NCBI GenBank assembly: GCA_963713825.1
Contig: CAVQNG010000003.1
Coordinates: 608,001-672,000, forward strand
Direction of reading: 5' to 3'
Length of the DNA stretch: 64,000 nucleotides
Origin: an uncultured Acidobacteriota bacterium
GTDB taxonomy: Bacteria > Acidobacteriota > Thermoanaerobaculia > Multivoradales > JAHEKO01
Shown here: positions 31,353 through 41,394 of the stretch, piece by piece
Layout: the number at the start of each line of letters is the position of its first letter
Position numbering within the stretch: position 1 is the stretch's first letter
Made by a program: the position numbers and the translations under genes
The notes under the pieces: model-generated
Database searches by the model: none
Told to the model about the DNA's origin: nothing
The model's input: the letters and a program-made list of their open reading frames with translations, nothing else

Positions 31353-31614
31353 AACCTTTCGAGCCACCGGCTCGGTGCCTTATCCTGCTCAGCGCTTCCC
31401 ACCTGTTCGGGTAGGGTCACTACCCCCACGGACGGGTATTGCCGGACTTGGCCGGCTCCCCGTAGCTTCTATACAGGTCTTGACAAGTCCGTTGCGCCAC
31501 GGGACTGGCCGGTAGAGGGCCCAGGTCCCCTATCCGCCACAGCCGAAGCACTCGGCACCTCACTCAATCTGCCAGTACGGAGGCGATCCCGCTCGCACAG
31601 AGAGGAGAACCGAC

Positions 31615-34600
31615 ATGCGCAAGTTGGCTTCGCTGGCCCTACCGATCAGCCTCGCCCTTCTCGCCTTCCCCGCGCTCCCGGCTTCAGCAGCACAGCCCGA
31701 GAACGGGCTTTCGTCTCTTCCATCACCTCTCGACCCGCGCCTCGAGATTCTGAGGTCCGAGCTCGCTGTTACCGAGAGGCAGATCGAAGACTTCCAGCGA
31801 GACAGGGTCGGCCGACTCTCCTCGATGGGCACTGCTCGTCCGAGACTCTCGAACGCGGACATGTACCCCGATCGCCTCGAAAGACTGGCTGAGCGCCTGA
31901 CAGCCTTGCGATCCGACTGGAAAGCTCTACCGGAAGCGGAGGCATCCGAGCTATTCAATGCTCTCCGAGGGCAGGTGCGCCGTTTGCACCGCGATGTGTC
32001 GAACTCTCGGTTTGCGCTGCAGAGACTCGCGAGTCGAAGTTCTGCTTTCTCTGCTACAGGGGTGGCGGCTCCGGGCACCGGTGCGATCACAGGGACTGTA
32101 ACGGAAGTGGGTAGCGGCACGCCCCTGTCGGGGACCTATGTCGAGATCTACAACTCGTCCGGCTCCTATGTCGAGGCCACCTTCACCAATGGTTCAGGGG
32201 TGTACACCTCGACAACCGGACTCGATACCGGTGACTACTACGCCCGGACCTACAACCAGAGTGGCCACATCGATGAGCTCTACGACGATATTCAGTGTGT
32301 TGGTTGGTGCACGGTTACCACTGGTACTCCGGTAGGCGTGACCGACGGGCTGACGACCAGCGGCATCGATTTCGCTCTGACCCCTGGCGGCCGCACTTCC
32401 GGCACGGTCACCGAGGAGGTCGGCTTCAGTGGGATCTCCGGGGTCTATGTCGATATCTACGACTCGACTGGCAGGTACGTATCCGAGGGCTATACCGACG
32501 GGGCCGGCAACTACATCAGCGATGCCGGACTCCCGACGGGTAACTACTATGCCCGCACCTATAACGGCGACGGCTATATCGACGAGCTCTATGACGACAT
32601 TCAGTGCGTGGGTAACTGCGACAAGACCAGCGGTACGCCCATCGCTGTAACCATCGGCGTCGAAACCACCGGCATCGATTTCGAGCTCGCGGAAGGCGGC
32701 CTGATCTCAGGGTCCGTCGAGGATGGCAGCACCCACCTCCCGATCTCTTCCGCCTGGGTGAACGTCTACAACAGCAGCGGCAACTACGTCTCTACCGAGT
32801 ACCCGGATGGGGCTGGGATCTACACCTCGGAAACGGGTCTGCCTACAGGCACCTACTACGCTCGCACCAACAACGATGACGGCTACCTCAACGAGCTCTA
32901 CGATGACATCCTCTGCACCAACGACTGTACTGTGACCACTGGAACGCCCATCGCCGTCACGAAGGGAGCCACGACCTCGGGCATCGACTTCGAGCTCGTG
33001 AAGGGTGGCGCCATCGAGGGAACGGTCACTGAAGAGGGAACCGGAACACCTCTGGACAGCGGCTTCATCAGGATCTACAACGCCTCCGGAGACTATCTCG
33101 CCAGTTCCTACCCTGACGGCGCCGGGAACTACAAGACCTCCGCCGGTCTGGTCTCTGGCACCTACTACGCTCTGACCCGGAGCTTCGAGGGCTACCTCCA
33201 TGAGCTCTACGACGACCTGCCCTGCTACTTCGGGTGCACCGTGACGGACGGAACACCCATCAACGTCACCGCCGGCAGCACGACCTCCAACATCGACTTC
33301 GCCCTGGTCCAGGGTGGCCTAATCGCCGGCACCGTCACGGAGGACGGCACCAGCAACGGGCTCGATGAAGGCTATGTCGGGATCTACGATGCGTCCGGAG
33401 ACTGGACAATTGATACCTATCCAGAGGCAAACGGCGACTACGTTACTTATGCAGGTCTCCCCGCCGGCACCTATTACGCTCGTACCTGGAGCTTCGAGGG
33501 ATATTTCGAGGAGCTGTACGACGACATTCCCTGCGACGGCGGCTGCACTGTCACCGATGGGACTCCGATTGTCGTCACTGCAGGCAACACCACTTCCAAC
33601 ATCGACTTCGCTCTTCTCGAGGGCGGCTCGATCACCGGCACCGTGACAGAACAGGGTACCTCCACGAAGCTCGCCAACATCGACGTGAACATCTACGACA
33701 GCGGGGGAACCTGGGTCGCCGAGGGCTGGACGGACGCCAACGGTGACTATGCAAGCTCGGTGGGCCTGACGACCGGTACCTACTACGCCAGGACCTACAA
33801 CTCGGACAGCTACATCAACGAGCTCTACGACGATCTGCCCTGCGCCGGCGGCTGCACTGTCACCGATGGCACGCCGATCGCCGTCACCATCGGAACAACC
33901 ACTTCGGGCATCGACTTCGCGCTGGTGAAGGGCGGGACCATCTCCGGCACAGTTACCGCCGACGGCTCGGGAACCCCTCTCGACAGCGGTTACGTCAGAA
34001 TCTACGACTCGAGCTCCAACTCTCTGTTCAGGGCCTACCCGAACACCTCCGGCGTCTATGAGACCGACACAGGACTCCCGTCGGGCACCTACTATGCCAA
34101 GGCGCAGAGTTTCGAGGGCTATGTGACCGAGCTCTACGATGACATCCCCTGCGCCTTCGGATGCACCGCCACCGACGGCACTCCGATCGCTGTCACAGGG
34201 GGTGCTACCACAGCCGACATCGACTTCGCGCTCGACGCAGAGGCTTCGATCTCCGGTGCGGTCACCGACGACACCACCCACGCTGGTCTCGATACTGGCT
34301 ATCTCTACTTCTACGATGCGAGTGGGAATTCGCTGACGAGCGTCAATCCGGACGCCAATGGCGATTACAGTCTCGGGGGCCTCCCTGGCGGCACCTTCTA
34401 CGCTAGAACCTTCAGCTTCGAGACCTACTATGAAGAGCTCTACGACGACATCGACTGTTCCGACGGCTGCACGATCACCGATGGCACGCCGATCGTGGTC
34501 ACGGCAGGCGCCACGACGAGCGGAATCGACTTCGAGCTCACCAAAGGAGGCTCCATCTCCGGCACCGTCACCGAGGGCAGCGGCCACGCCGGCCTCGACA

Positions 34601-35535
34601 CCGGAAGGGTCGACATTTACGCCGACAACGGGGACTGGGTTGCCCGAGGGTACCCGGACGTCTCTGGTTTCTATACCTCAACCAAGCCCCTGGCTGCTGG
34701 TACCTATTTCGCTCGGACCTACAGCTTCGAGGGTTACCAAGACGAGCTCTATGACGACATCTCCTGTGTGGGCGGCTGCACGATCACTTCGGGCACCCCC
34801 ATCGTCGTCACTGCGGGCGCAACGACGAGCGGGATCGACTTCGAGCTGGATGTCGGAGGCTTCATCTCAGGCACCATCACCGACGACACCTCCCACGACC
34901 CGCTCGATACGGGATACGTCGACATCTACAACGCTGCAGGAAGCTGGGTGTCCAGCGCCTATCCCAATGCCTCTGGAGACTACATCTCGAACAACGCCCT
35001 CCCCACCGGCTCCTACTACGCCCGCACGGGGAGTTTCGAAGGCTACTTCAACGAGCTCTACGACAACCTTCCGTGTAACGACGGGTGCACCGCGACCGAC
35101 GGAACGCCCATCCTGGTCACAGCCGGCCTGACCACCTCGAGCATCGACTTCGAGCTCGCTGCGGGAGGGCTGATTTCCGGGACGGTCACCGACGCTAGGA
35201 CCGGATCGCCACTGGATTTCGGGCGGGTCTCCATCTACAACGCCACCGGCGGCTACGTGACCAGGGGCTATCCCGATTCGTCGGGGGACTACACCGTGCA
35301 GAAAGCGCTCGAGGCGGGCACCTACTACGCCCGCACCTCGAGCTTTGAGGACTACTTCGAGGAACTCTACTCGGAGATCTCCTGTGCGCTGGACTGCACG
35401 ATCACGAATGGCACGCCGATCTCGGTGACCCTCGGCTCCGAGACGACCGGCATCGACTTCACCCTGGACCGGTCGGTCTTCGCCGATGGTTTCGAGTCGG
35501 GCAACCTGTCCTCCTGGTCCGCGACTGTGCAGTAG
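31615..35535 (+). CDS. Large secreted protein with 11 tandem carboxypeptidase-regulatory-like beta-sandwich repeats and a C-terminal FADGFESG motif
   Basis: Signal peptide; 11 copies of G.I.GTVT...Y.ART...ELY(D/S)..CxxxC....GTP...IDF.L; ends VFADGFESGNLSSWSATVQ; GAGGAG RBS. Confidence 0.9.
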   Translation: MRKLASLALPISLALLAFPALPASAAQPENGLSSLPSPLDPRLEILRSELAVTERQIEDFQRDRVGRLSSMGTARPRLSNADMYPDRLERLAERLTALRSDWKALPEAEASELFNALRGQVRRLHRDVSNSRFALQRLASRSSAFSATGVAAPGTGAITGTVTEVGSGTPLSGTYVEIYNSSGSYVEATFTNGSGVYTSTTGLDTGDYYARTYNQSGHIDELYDDIQCVGWCTVTTGTPVGVTDGLTTSGIDFALTPGGRTSGTVTEEVGFSGISGVYVDIYDSTGRYVSEGYTDGAGNYISDAGLPTGNYYARTYNGDGYIDELYDDIQCVGNCDKTSGTPIAVTIGVETTGIDFELAEGGLISGSVEDGSTHLPISSAWVNVYNSSGNYVSTEYPDGAGIYTSETGLPTGTYYARTNNDDGYLNELYDDILCTNDCTVTTGTPIAVTKGATTSGIDFELVKGGAIEGTVTEEGTGTPLDSGFIRIYNASGDYLASSYPDGAGNYKTSAGLVSGTYYALTRSFEGYLHELYDDLPCYFGCTVTDGTPINVTAGSTTSNIDFALVQGGLIAGTVTEDGTSNGLDEGYVGIYDASGDWTIDTYPEANGDYVTYAGLPAGTYYARTWSFEGYFEELYDDIPCDGGCTVTDGTPIVVTAGNTTSNIDFALLEGGSITGTVTEQGTSTKLANIDVNIYDSGGTWVAEGWTDANGDYASSVGLTTGTYYARTYNSDSYINELYDDLPCAGGCTVTDGTPIAVTIGTTTSGIDFALVKGGTISGTVTADGSGTPLDSGYVRIYDSSSNSLFRAYPNTSGVYETDTGLPSGTYYAKAQSFEGYVTELYDDIPCAFGCTATDGTPIAVTGGATTADIDFALDAEASISGAVTDDTTHAGLDTGYLYFYDASGNSLTSVNPDANGDYSLGGLPGGTFYARTFSFETYYEELYDDIDCSDGCTITDGTPIVVTAGATTSGIDFELTKGGSISGTVTEGSGHAGLDTGRVDIYADNGDWVARGYPDVSGFYTSTKPLAAGTYFARTYSFEGYQDELYDDISCVGGCTITSGTPIVVTAGATTSGIDFELDVGGFISGTITDDTSHDPLDTGYVDIYNAAGSWVSSAYPNASGDYISNNALPTGSYYARTGSFEGYFNELYDNLPCNDGCTATDGTPILVTAGLTTSSIDFELAAGGLISGTVTDARTGSPLDFGRVSIYNATGGYVTRGYPDSSGDYTVQKALEAGTYYARTSSFEDYFEELYSEISCALDCTITNGTPISVTLGSETTGIDFTLDRSVFADGFESGNLSSWSATVQ
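32080..35466 (+). repeat. Intragenic tandem repeat, about 309-nt period, 11 units
   Basis: GAGCTCTA anchors at 32275, 32584, 32893 and onward (309-nt spacing). Confidence 0.9.
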
Positions 35536-35542
35536 CCGGAGA

Positions 35543-35743
35543 TCAGTCGTGGTGATCGGCCGGGCTCAGGTTCTCGGCGCCGGGTAGGAGACCGATCAAC
35601 TGGGACGGGTCGTGGATCAGGATCGGCAGATGCTGTGGACAGATCCAGAGTGGTGAGTCCTGGTATTCCAGGTGGACCAACGGTGTCTCATCGGTGCCTC
35701 GCTTACAGGCCAGGCATTGCTTGTCGCTAGCTTCGTTCGTCAT
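35543..35743 (-). CDS. Small putative zinc-binding protein (66 aa)
   Basis: MTNEASDKQCLACKRG...WICPQHLPILIHDP...DHHD; AAAGGAG RBS; CxxC...CxxH. Confidence 0.75.
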   Translation of the reverse strand: MTNEASDKQCLACKRGTDETPLVHLEYQDSPLWICPQHLPILIHDPSQLIGLLPGAENLSPADHHD

Positions 35744-35789
35744 GAGCTTCTCCTTTTGGATTTCGAGACTCTCGCTTTGACCGGAGAGC

Positions 35790-36878
35790 TCATTCCGCCT
35801 GAGTACCCTGCACGTTGGAAGATCCCGGATGGCCGTACGCAGGGTCGTCCATGTTCTGGATCCGATGGACATACTCTTCGTCGCTGATGTCGTTGGCCCA
35901 CTGGCCGGTCAGTCGCGCCGCCGAGTACCCAATCACGAACAGCATCAGAATCGCCGCAGCATAGGCCGGGATGCTCATTCGGCGACCGGCCGCCTTGAGG
36001 GCGAGCGCATCGTCAACCGGGCAGACCGCCACACAGTCCACACAACCGGTGCATTCCACGCTGCGAACTACCGTTGATCTCGAAATGGGAAGCCGCGACA
36101 TGCACACCTTGTCGCACAGGCTGCAATCGATGCACTTGTCCGCGTTGCGCTCTACCCTCACTGGCGAGAGCCATGAGAAAAACCCAAGAAGGGCGCCGTA
36201 GGGACACCCATATCGGCACCAGAAACCCTGGATGAAGACCGAGCCCACCGCCAACCCAACCATAACGACGATCCCGACCTGGCCCAGATTGAGGAAGAAC
36301 AGACCCATCTTGATGTCCGCTACCTTGTTATAGGGCGACTCGATGAAGGCCTGTAGCGCCGCGCCGCTCATGGTGAAGATGGCCCAAACGAAAAATCCCA
36401 GAATCAGGTACTTGAGGCTCTGCAACGTCCAGTCGAGCCACTTCCAGGGACGGAAGTTGTGGCCGCAGATCTTGCGTCCCAGTTTGGCCAGGTACTCGGA
36501 CAGCATCCCGACCGGACAGATCCACGAGCAGAAGGACTTGCGAAGCAGCAAAGCCATGAGCAGGACGACGAGTACGAGGATCGTCGCCGCCGGATGAATG
36601 CGATTGAGCGTCCCCTGATAGACCCAGTCGAGAATCCCCATCAGCCCGCTGATGGGCAGGAAGCCCTCGACCCCTGGTGGGCGCTGCGGTAGTGGCAACT
36701 GTCCAGCTTTCGCCGCCAGATAGAAGCGAGTGAGCTGGAAGCCCAGCAAGACACAGATCCCGGCAAAAAGCCACTGCACCAGCAGACGAATGCGATAGGT
36801 CCGATGGCGCTTGGGTCCGGAAAGGCCAAACAGCCAATCGCTAGCCCTATCTTTCAGTGCACTCTGTTGTTTCTGCAT
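35790..36878 (-). CDS. Membrane 4Fe-4S binding protein (NapH/YccM-like polyferredoxin)
   Basis: VEGFLPI, FCSWICPVG, WCRYGCPYG, CIDCSLCDKVC and CTGCVDCVAVCP motifs. Confidence 0.9.
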   Translation of the reverse strand: MQKQQSALKDRASDWLFGLSGPKRHRTYRIRLLVQWLFAGICVLLGFQLTRFYLAAKAGQLPLPQRPPGVEGFLPISGLMGILDWVYQGTLNRIHPAATILVLVVLLMALLLRKSFCSWICPVGMLSEYLAKLGRKICGHNFRPWKWLDWTLQSLKYLILGFFVWAIFTMSGAALQAFIESPYNKVADIKMGLFFLNLGQVGIVVMVGLAVGSVFIQGFWCRYGCPYGALLGFFSWLSPVRVERNADKCIDCSLCDKVCMSRLPISRSTVVRSVECTGCVDCVAVCPVDDALALKAAGRRMSIPAYAAAILMLFVIGYSAARLTGQWANDISDEEYVHRIQNMDDPAYGHPGSSNVQGTQAE

Positions 36879-37112
36879 TTCACACTTCTCCTCCGCTGTC
36901 GGGCACCCTCGAGGCCAGGGGCCACACGTCGGCGAGTCGTCTTGGTCAGGTGCGCTTCGAGGCCAGCGGTGAGCGACTCCAACAGCGTTCTGAAACAGCC
37001 TAGCCGATTCTGCACGCCACCGAAATGACGAATATCAGGTCTCTCGGGCTAGCCTACGGACCTACGAACCACGGCCGGTTGTCGCTACAATCACCCGCAG
37101 GAGGTGGGGTGC

Positions 37113-37439
37113 ATGACAGAAACGAAGAAGATTCCCGAGACCTACCTACGCTTTCGCAAGAATTACCCGGAGATCGCTTCCAATTACGAGGCGCTTGGCA
37201 AGAGCGTCAACGAGTTGGGCGCGCTCGACGCCAGAACCGCGGCGCTCGTCAAACTCGCGCTGGCGGTTTCCCGACAGCGTGAGGGAGGCGTTCATTCCGC
37301 GGCGCGCAAGGCGTCCGACGTCGGGCTCGAGCCCGACGAGATGCGACAGGTGGCGCTGATGGCCATCACAACCATCGGGTTTTCCTCTGCAATGGCGGCC
37401 TATACCTGGATCGAGGACGTCGTCGGCACCAAAGAATAG
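37113..37439 (+). CDS. Carboxymuconolactone decarboxylase (CMD/AhpD-like) family protein
   Basis: GALDARTAALVKLALAV...GGVHSAARKA...TTIGF; GGAGG RBS. Confidence 0.85.
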   Translation: MTETKKIPETYLRFRKNYPEIASNYEALGKSVNELGALDARTAALVKLALAVSRQREGGVHSAARKASDVGLEPDEMRQVALMAITTIGFSSAMAAYTWIEDVVGTKE

Positions 37440-37475
37440 GGCCTCGCCGCCCCACTGCCTCGAGGCCCAGCTGCC

Positions 37476-38219
<744 letters not shown>

Positions 38220-38240
38220 TCCCTCCAGCTGACCGTGGCC

Positions 38241-38633
38241 TCAATCCTGACGAGTGGCGTGGATGAGCGCCTCCATGTGGTCCAGATAGCGCTCGAGCGC
38301 TCGTCGCCCCTTCTGGGTCAGCTCGAACTCGGTCCTCGGATAGCGACCCACGAAGCTCTTCTTGCAGTCCACGTAGCCCGCCTCTTCCAGTTTGCGGGCG
38401 TGCACGCTCAGGTTACCGTCGGTCGTTTGTAACAACTCTTTCAATTCGGAGAAGGTCAGAGAGCTGTTGACGGTCAGGGCGCTCATCATGCCCAATCTCA
38501 CCCGCTCGTAAACGAGCCGGTCGAAATCTCGTGCCGTCGGATCCGCCAGATAGCCGGCCAGGCCCTCGAGGTTCTTCTTGGCCTTCTGCCGATGGTCTTC
38601 TGCCGTGTGCCTAGCCACTTGTCTCTTAGCCAC
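38241..38633 (-). CDS. Winged-helix transcriptional regulator (MarR/ArsR-like)
   Basis: DRLVYERVRLGMMSAL...TDGNLSVHARKLEEAGYV..K.F.GR.PRTE. Confidence 0.88.
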   Translation of the reverse strand: MAKRQVARHTAEDHRQKAKKNLEGLAGYLADPTARDFDRLVYERVRLGMMSALTVNSSLTFSELKELLQTTDGNLSVHARKLEEAGYVDCKKSFVGRYPRTEFELTQKGRRALERYLDHMEALIHATRQD

Positions 38634-39240
38634 CGTAGCGCCTCGCGATGATCGCTCCGAACAGGATGTGAAATCCGCCGAACCCGGCCACCAGCAGGAG
38701 GTTGGCCCACGACACCGGCGCCCAGAGAGTCAGCGCGCCGAGTGCCATGAAGCAGAGCCCCATGATGGGGACGGGCCGGACTGAAAAGGTGCCACCGCTG
38801 ACGACACCACTGCCGTAGAGGAGCAACCAGAGCCCCGGGATCCAGCGGGCGGTCGCCGAGTCGCCAAGCGCCACTGTCAGGATGACCGCCGCTACCAGCG
38901 GCGGCGTGACGCTGAACAGGAACCGCCGGCCCACACCCTGCGACAGGCTGACTCCAAGCCCCTTCGCTTTCCGAGCCATGAACCAGCCGCCCACCATCAG
39001 TGCAACGACGGCATCGCCAACCCAGATGGCCAGCCAGTGCTCAGCCAGCGGGGGGGTGGCGGCCAGAAGGCCAGCGATGATCGCCGTGCAACCGATCACG
39101 ATCGCCCCCCAACCGGGAACCGAGGTGAAGGCGGCCGACGACTCCATCGCAAGCCGAATGAAGCGCAGGTTGTCCATGGCATGCGAATGCATGTCCACGG
39201 GTTCCTTTTCTCTCGGCGGTATCGGTGCAGCAGCTCGCAT
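38626..39240 (-). CDS. Multi-TM membrane protein, first gene of the regulator-uppS operon
   Basis: HAMDNLRFIR.AME...FTSVPGWG, PGLWLLLYG and GFGGFHILFGAIIARRYGG; overlaps the regulator start. Confidence 0.8.
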   Translation of the reverse strand: MRAAAPIPPREKEPVDMHSHAMDNLRFIRLAMESSAAFTSVPGWGAIVIGCTAIIAGLLAATPPLAEHWLAIWVGDAVVALMVGGWFMARKAKGLGVSLSQGVGRRFLFSVTPPLVAAVILTVALGDSATARWIPGLWLLLYGSGVVSGGTFSVRPVPIMGLCFMALGALTLWAPVSWANLLLVAGFGGFHILFGAIIARRYGG

Positions 39241-39248
39241 GGCGCGCA

Positions 39249-39295
39249 ACGGTAGTGGATCGATTCCGTCTTGTCAAGTACTTTACAACAAAAAG
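39249..39295 (-). promoter_or_regulatory. Sigma70-type promoter with a putative operator
   Basis: Minus strand TTGACA (39277-39272), 17-nt spacer, TACCGT (39254-39249); the AAGTACTT palindrome and CTTT-N7-AAAG abut the -35. Confidence 0.6.
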
Positions 39296-39426
39296 CATAG
39301 ATTCGCACCTGTGCATGAATCGATATACGCGCCAGCCTCGTCGGCTCGCCACGAGTCGCTCTCGAACCCGGTCCGTCGATGCTAGGATCGCTGCGTTTCC
39401 TGCCTGCCAGGTACGAAAGGAGAGCG

Positions 39427-41394
39427 GTGGAAGGATCGATCGATTACGAGCAAGTAGGGCTGCGGGTCGGGTTGGAGGTTCACCAGCAGCTCCTCACCGA
39501 CCAGAAGATGTTCTGCCGGTGTCCTGCGGGGCTCTACACAGAGACTCATGACGGCGTCATGTTGCGCCACATGCGCCCCACGCTGTCCGAGTTGGGCGAG
39601 TACGACGGCACGGCTCTGATGGAGTTCAAGACGAAGAAGAACATCGTCTATCTCCTCCACAAGAGCAACGTCTGCACCTATGAGATGGACGACACACCCC
39701 CCTTCATCGTCAATCGGCGGGCCATCGACATCGCCATCGAACAGTGCCTGATGCTGGGCTGCGATGTCGTAGACGAGGTTCACATCGCCCGCAAGCAGTA
39801 CCTCGACGGGTCGATTCCCACCGGCTTTCAGCGTACGGCCATCGTCGGTGTCAATGGCCGTCTGCCCTTTCGCGGTCGCGAGTTGACGGTCATCCAGGTG
39901 AGTGTCGAAGAGGACAGCTGCCGCGAAGTCCAGGACAGGGGACACCTGGCGGTCTGGCGCACCGATCGATTGGGCATGCCCCTGATTGAAACGGTCACTG
40001 GGCCAGAGCTCACGACGCCGGAAGAGGTGGAGGAGGCCATTCTGCTCATCGGGCGCGTCTGCCGCTCCACCGGCCATGTTCGTGTCGGCATGGGGGCTAG
40101 TCGCCAGGATGTCAATGTCTCCGTCAGGGGTGGCCGCAGAGTGGAGATCAAAGGCGTCCCCAAGGCCAGTCATGCCCGCCAATTGGTCCACAGCGAAGCC
40201 GTGCGACAGGTCGAGCTACTCAAACTGCGCGACGAGTTGCATCGTCGCGGTTTCGAGAAGCCCTCCGATATCGTCATGGAACACGTCGACATCACGACTC
40301 TCGTCGCCGACTTCCAACTCGATTCCCTGCAACGGGACAACTGGCAGCGCTTCGTCGAAGCTGAAGAGATGCGACGGGGCATGGAGCTGGCTGAAGGCCC
40401 TTTCAGCGTGCGAGCCATCCGCCTGCCGCGCCTTGCCGGCACGATCGGACGACCCTGTCAACCAGGCAGGACTTTCGCGCACGAGCTGGCGGGGCGCGTC
40501 AGGGTCATCGCCACCCTCGATCAGCCACCGATCCTTGTCGACTCTGACGACTGGCCTGACTATCCGGGCGGCATCGAAGAGTTGGAGGAGATCCGCCAGG
40601 CAGCCGCCTGCACCCCCGAAGATGCGCTGGTGGTGGTGTGGGGCATCGAAAGCGACACCATTACTGCCGCCAAGGAGATCCAGCTGCGCTTCGCGGAGGC
40701 CACCGAGGGCATCCCTCACGAGACGCGCCAGGCGCTCGACGACGGCTGCACCGACTTCGAGCGCATCCTCCCCGGCCCCGACCGCATGTATCCGGACACC
40801 GACAGCCCCGCCCAACTCGTCACTCGCGAGCGCGTACACGGCCTGAAGGTCGATCTACCCGAGCCGCCTTGGCAACGAGAGGAGCGCTACAGCGCCGCCG
40901 GTGTATCGACCCCGACGATCCACTTCCTGATTCGGCGAGGTGGAGCCGGCTTGGTGGATCGGGTCGTCGAGGACACCGGATTCGACCTGCGGCGAGCCTG
41001 CCTCTTCTTTGGTGAGGAGCTCAAGGGCCTGCGACGCTCGAGCCTCGCCGTGGACAAGATCACCGAGAATCGGTGGTGTGATCTCTTCGCGCACCTCCAG
41101 AAGCAGCCGGTGCTCTGGGAAGTCCGCCGACAGCTGGTGGAAGGCCTGGTGTACGAGCCCAAAGCCTCCGTCGATGCAGTGATCGCTGCGGATCACCTCG
41201 GTGAGGAGCCGGCTGGCTGGCAGGCAGACGTGACCAAAGCCATGAAAACCACCGCCGCCCGAGGACTCGAAGGGGACAAGCTCGTCGGCACGGTCATGGG
41301 GCTGGTCCTGAGCACCCTGCGTGGCCGAGTGCCGGCAGTGCGAGTCCTCCACGTGATTGACGAGCTGCAAGCGAGGAAGAACGAGAATGACTGA
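39427..41394 (+). CDS. gatE: Glu-tRNA(Gln) amidotransferase subunit E (archaeal type)
   Basis: IDYEQVGLRVGLEVHQQL, LRHMRPTLSELGEYD, DGSIPTGFQRTA, DRLGMPLIE, RQDVNVS...RVEIKGV, AspRS-like insertion, PGPDRMYPDTD; GTG start after AAGGAG. Confidence 0.9.
   Translation: MEGSIDYEQVGLRVGLEVHQQLLTDQKMFCRCPAGLYTETHDGVMLRHMRPTLSELGEYDGTALMEFKTKKNIVYLLHKSNVCTYEMDDTPPFIVNRRAIDIAIEQCLMLGCDVVDEVHIARKQYLDGSIPTGFQRTAIVGVNGRLPFRGRELTVIQVSVEEDSCREVQDRGHLAVWRTDRLGMPLIETVTGPELTTPEEVEEAILLIGRVCRSTGHVRVGMGASRQDVNVSVRGGRRVEIKGVPKASHARQLVHSEAVRQVELLKLRDELHRRGFEKPSDIVMEHVDITTLVADFQLDSLQRDNWQRFVEAEEMRRGMELAEGPFSVRAIRLPRLAGTIGRPCQPGRTFAHELAGRVRVIATLDQPPILVDSDDWPDYPGGIEELEEIRQAAACTPEDALVVVWGIESDTITAAKEIQLRFAEATEGIPHETRQALDDGCTDFERILPGPDRMYPDTDSPAQLVTRERVHGLKVDLPEPPWQREERYSAAGVSTPTIHFLIRRGGAGLVDRVVEDTGFDLRRACLFFGEELKGLRRSSLAVDKITENRWCDLFAHLQKQPVLWEVRRQLVEGLVYEPKASVDAVIAADHLGEEPAGWQADVTKAMKTTAARGLEGDKLVGTVMGLVLSTLRGRVPAVRVLHVIDELQARKNEND

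Noticed and set aside
31400-31610. Riboswitch upstream of the large repeat protein
   Set aside because: Only a short palindrome (GGTAG-GGTCA-CTACC) is visible; no c-di-GMP or other riboswitch consensus recognised
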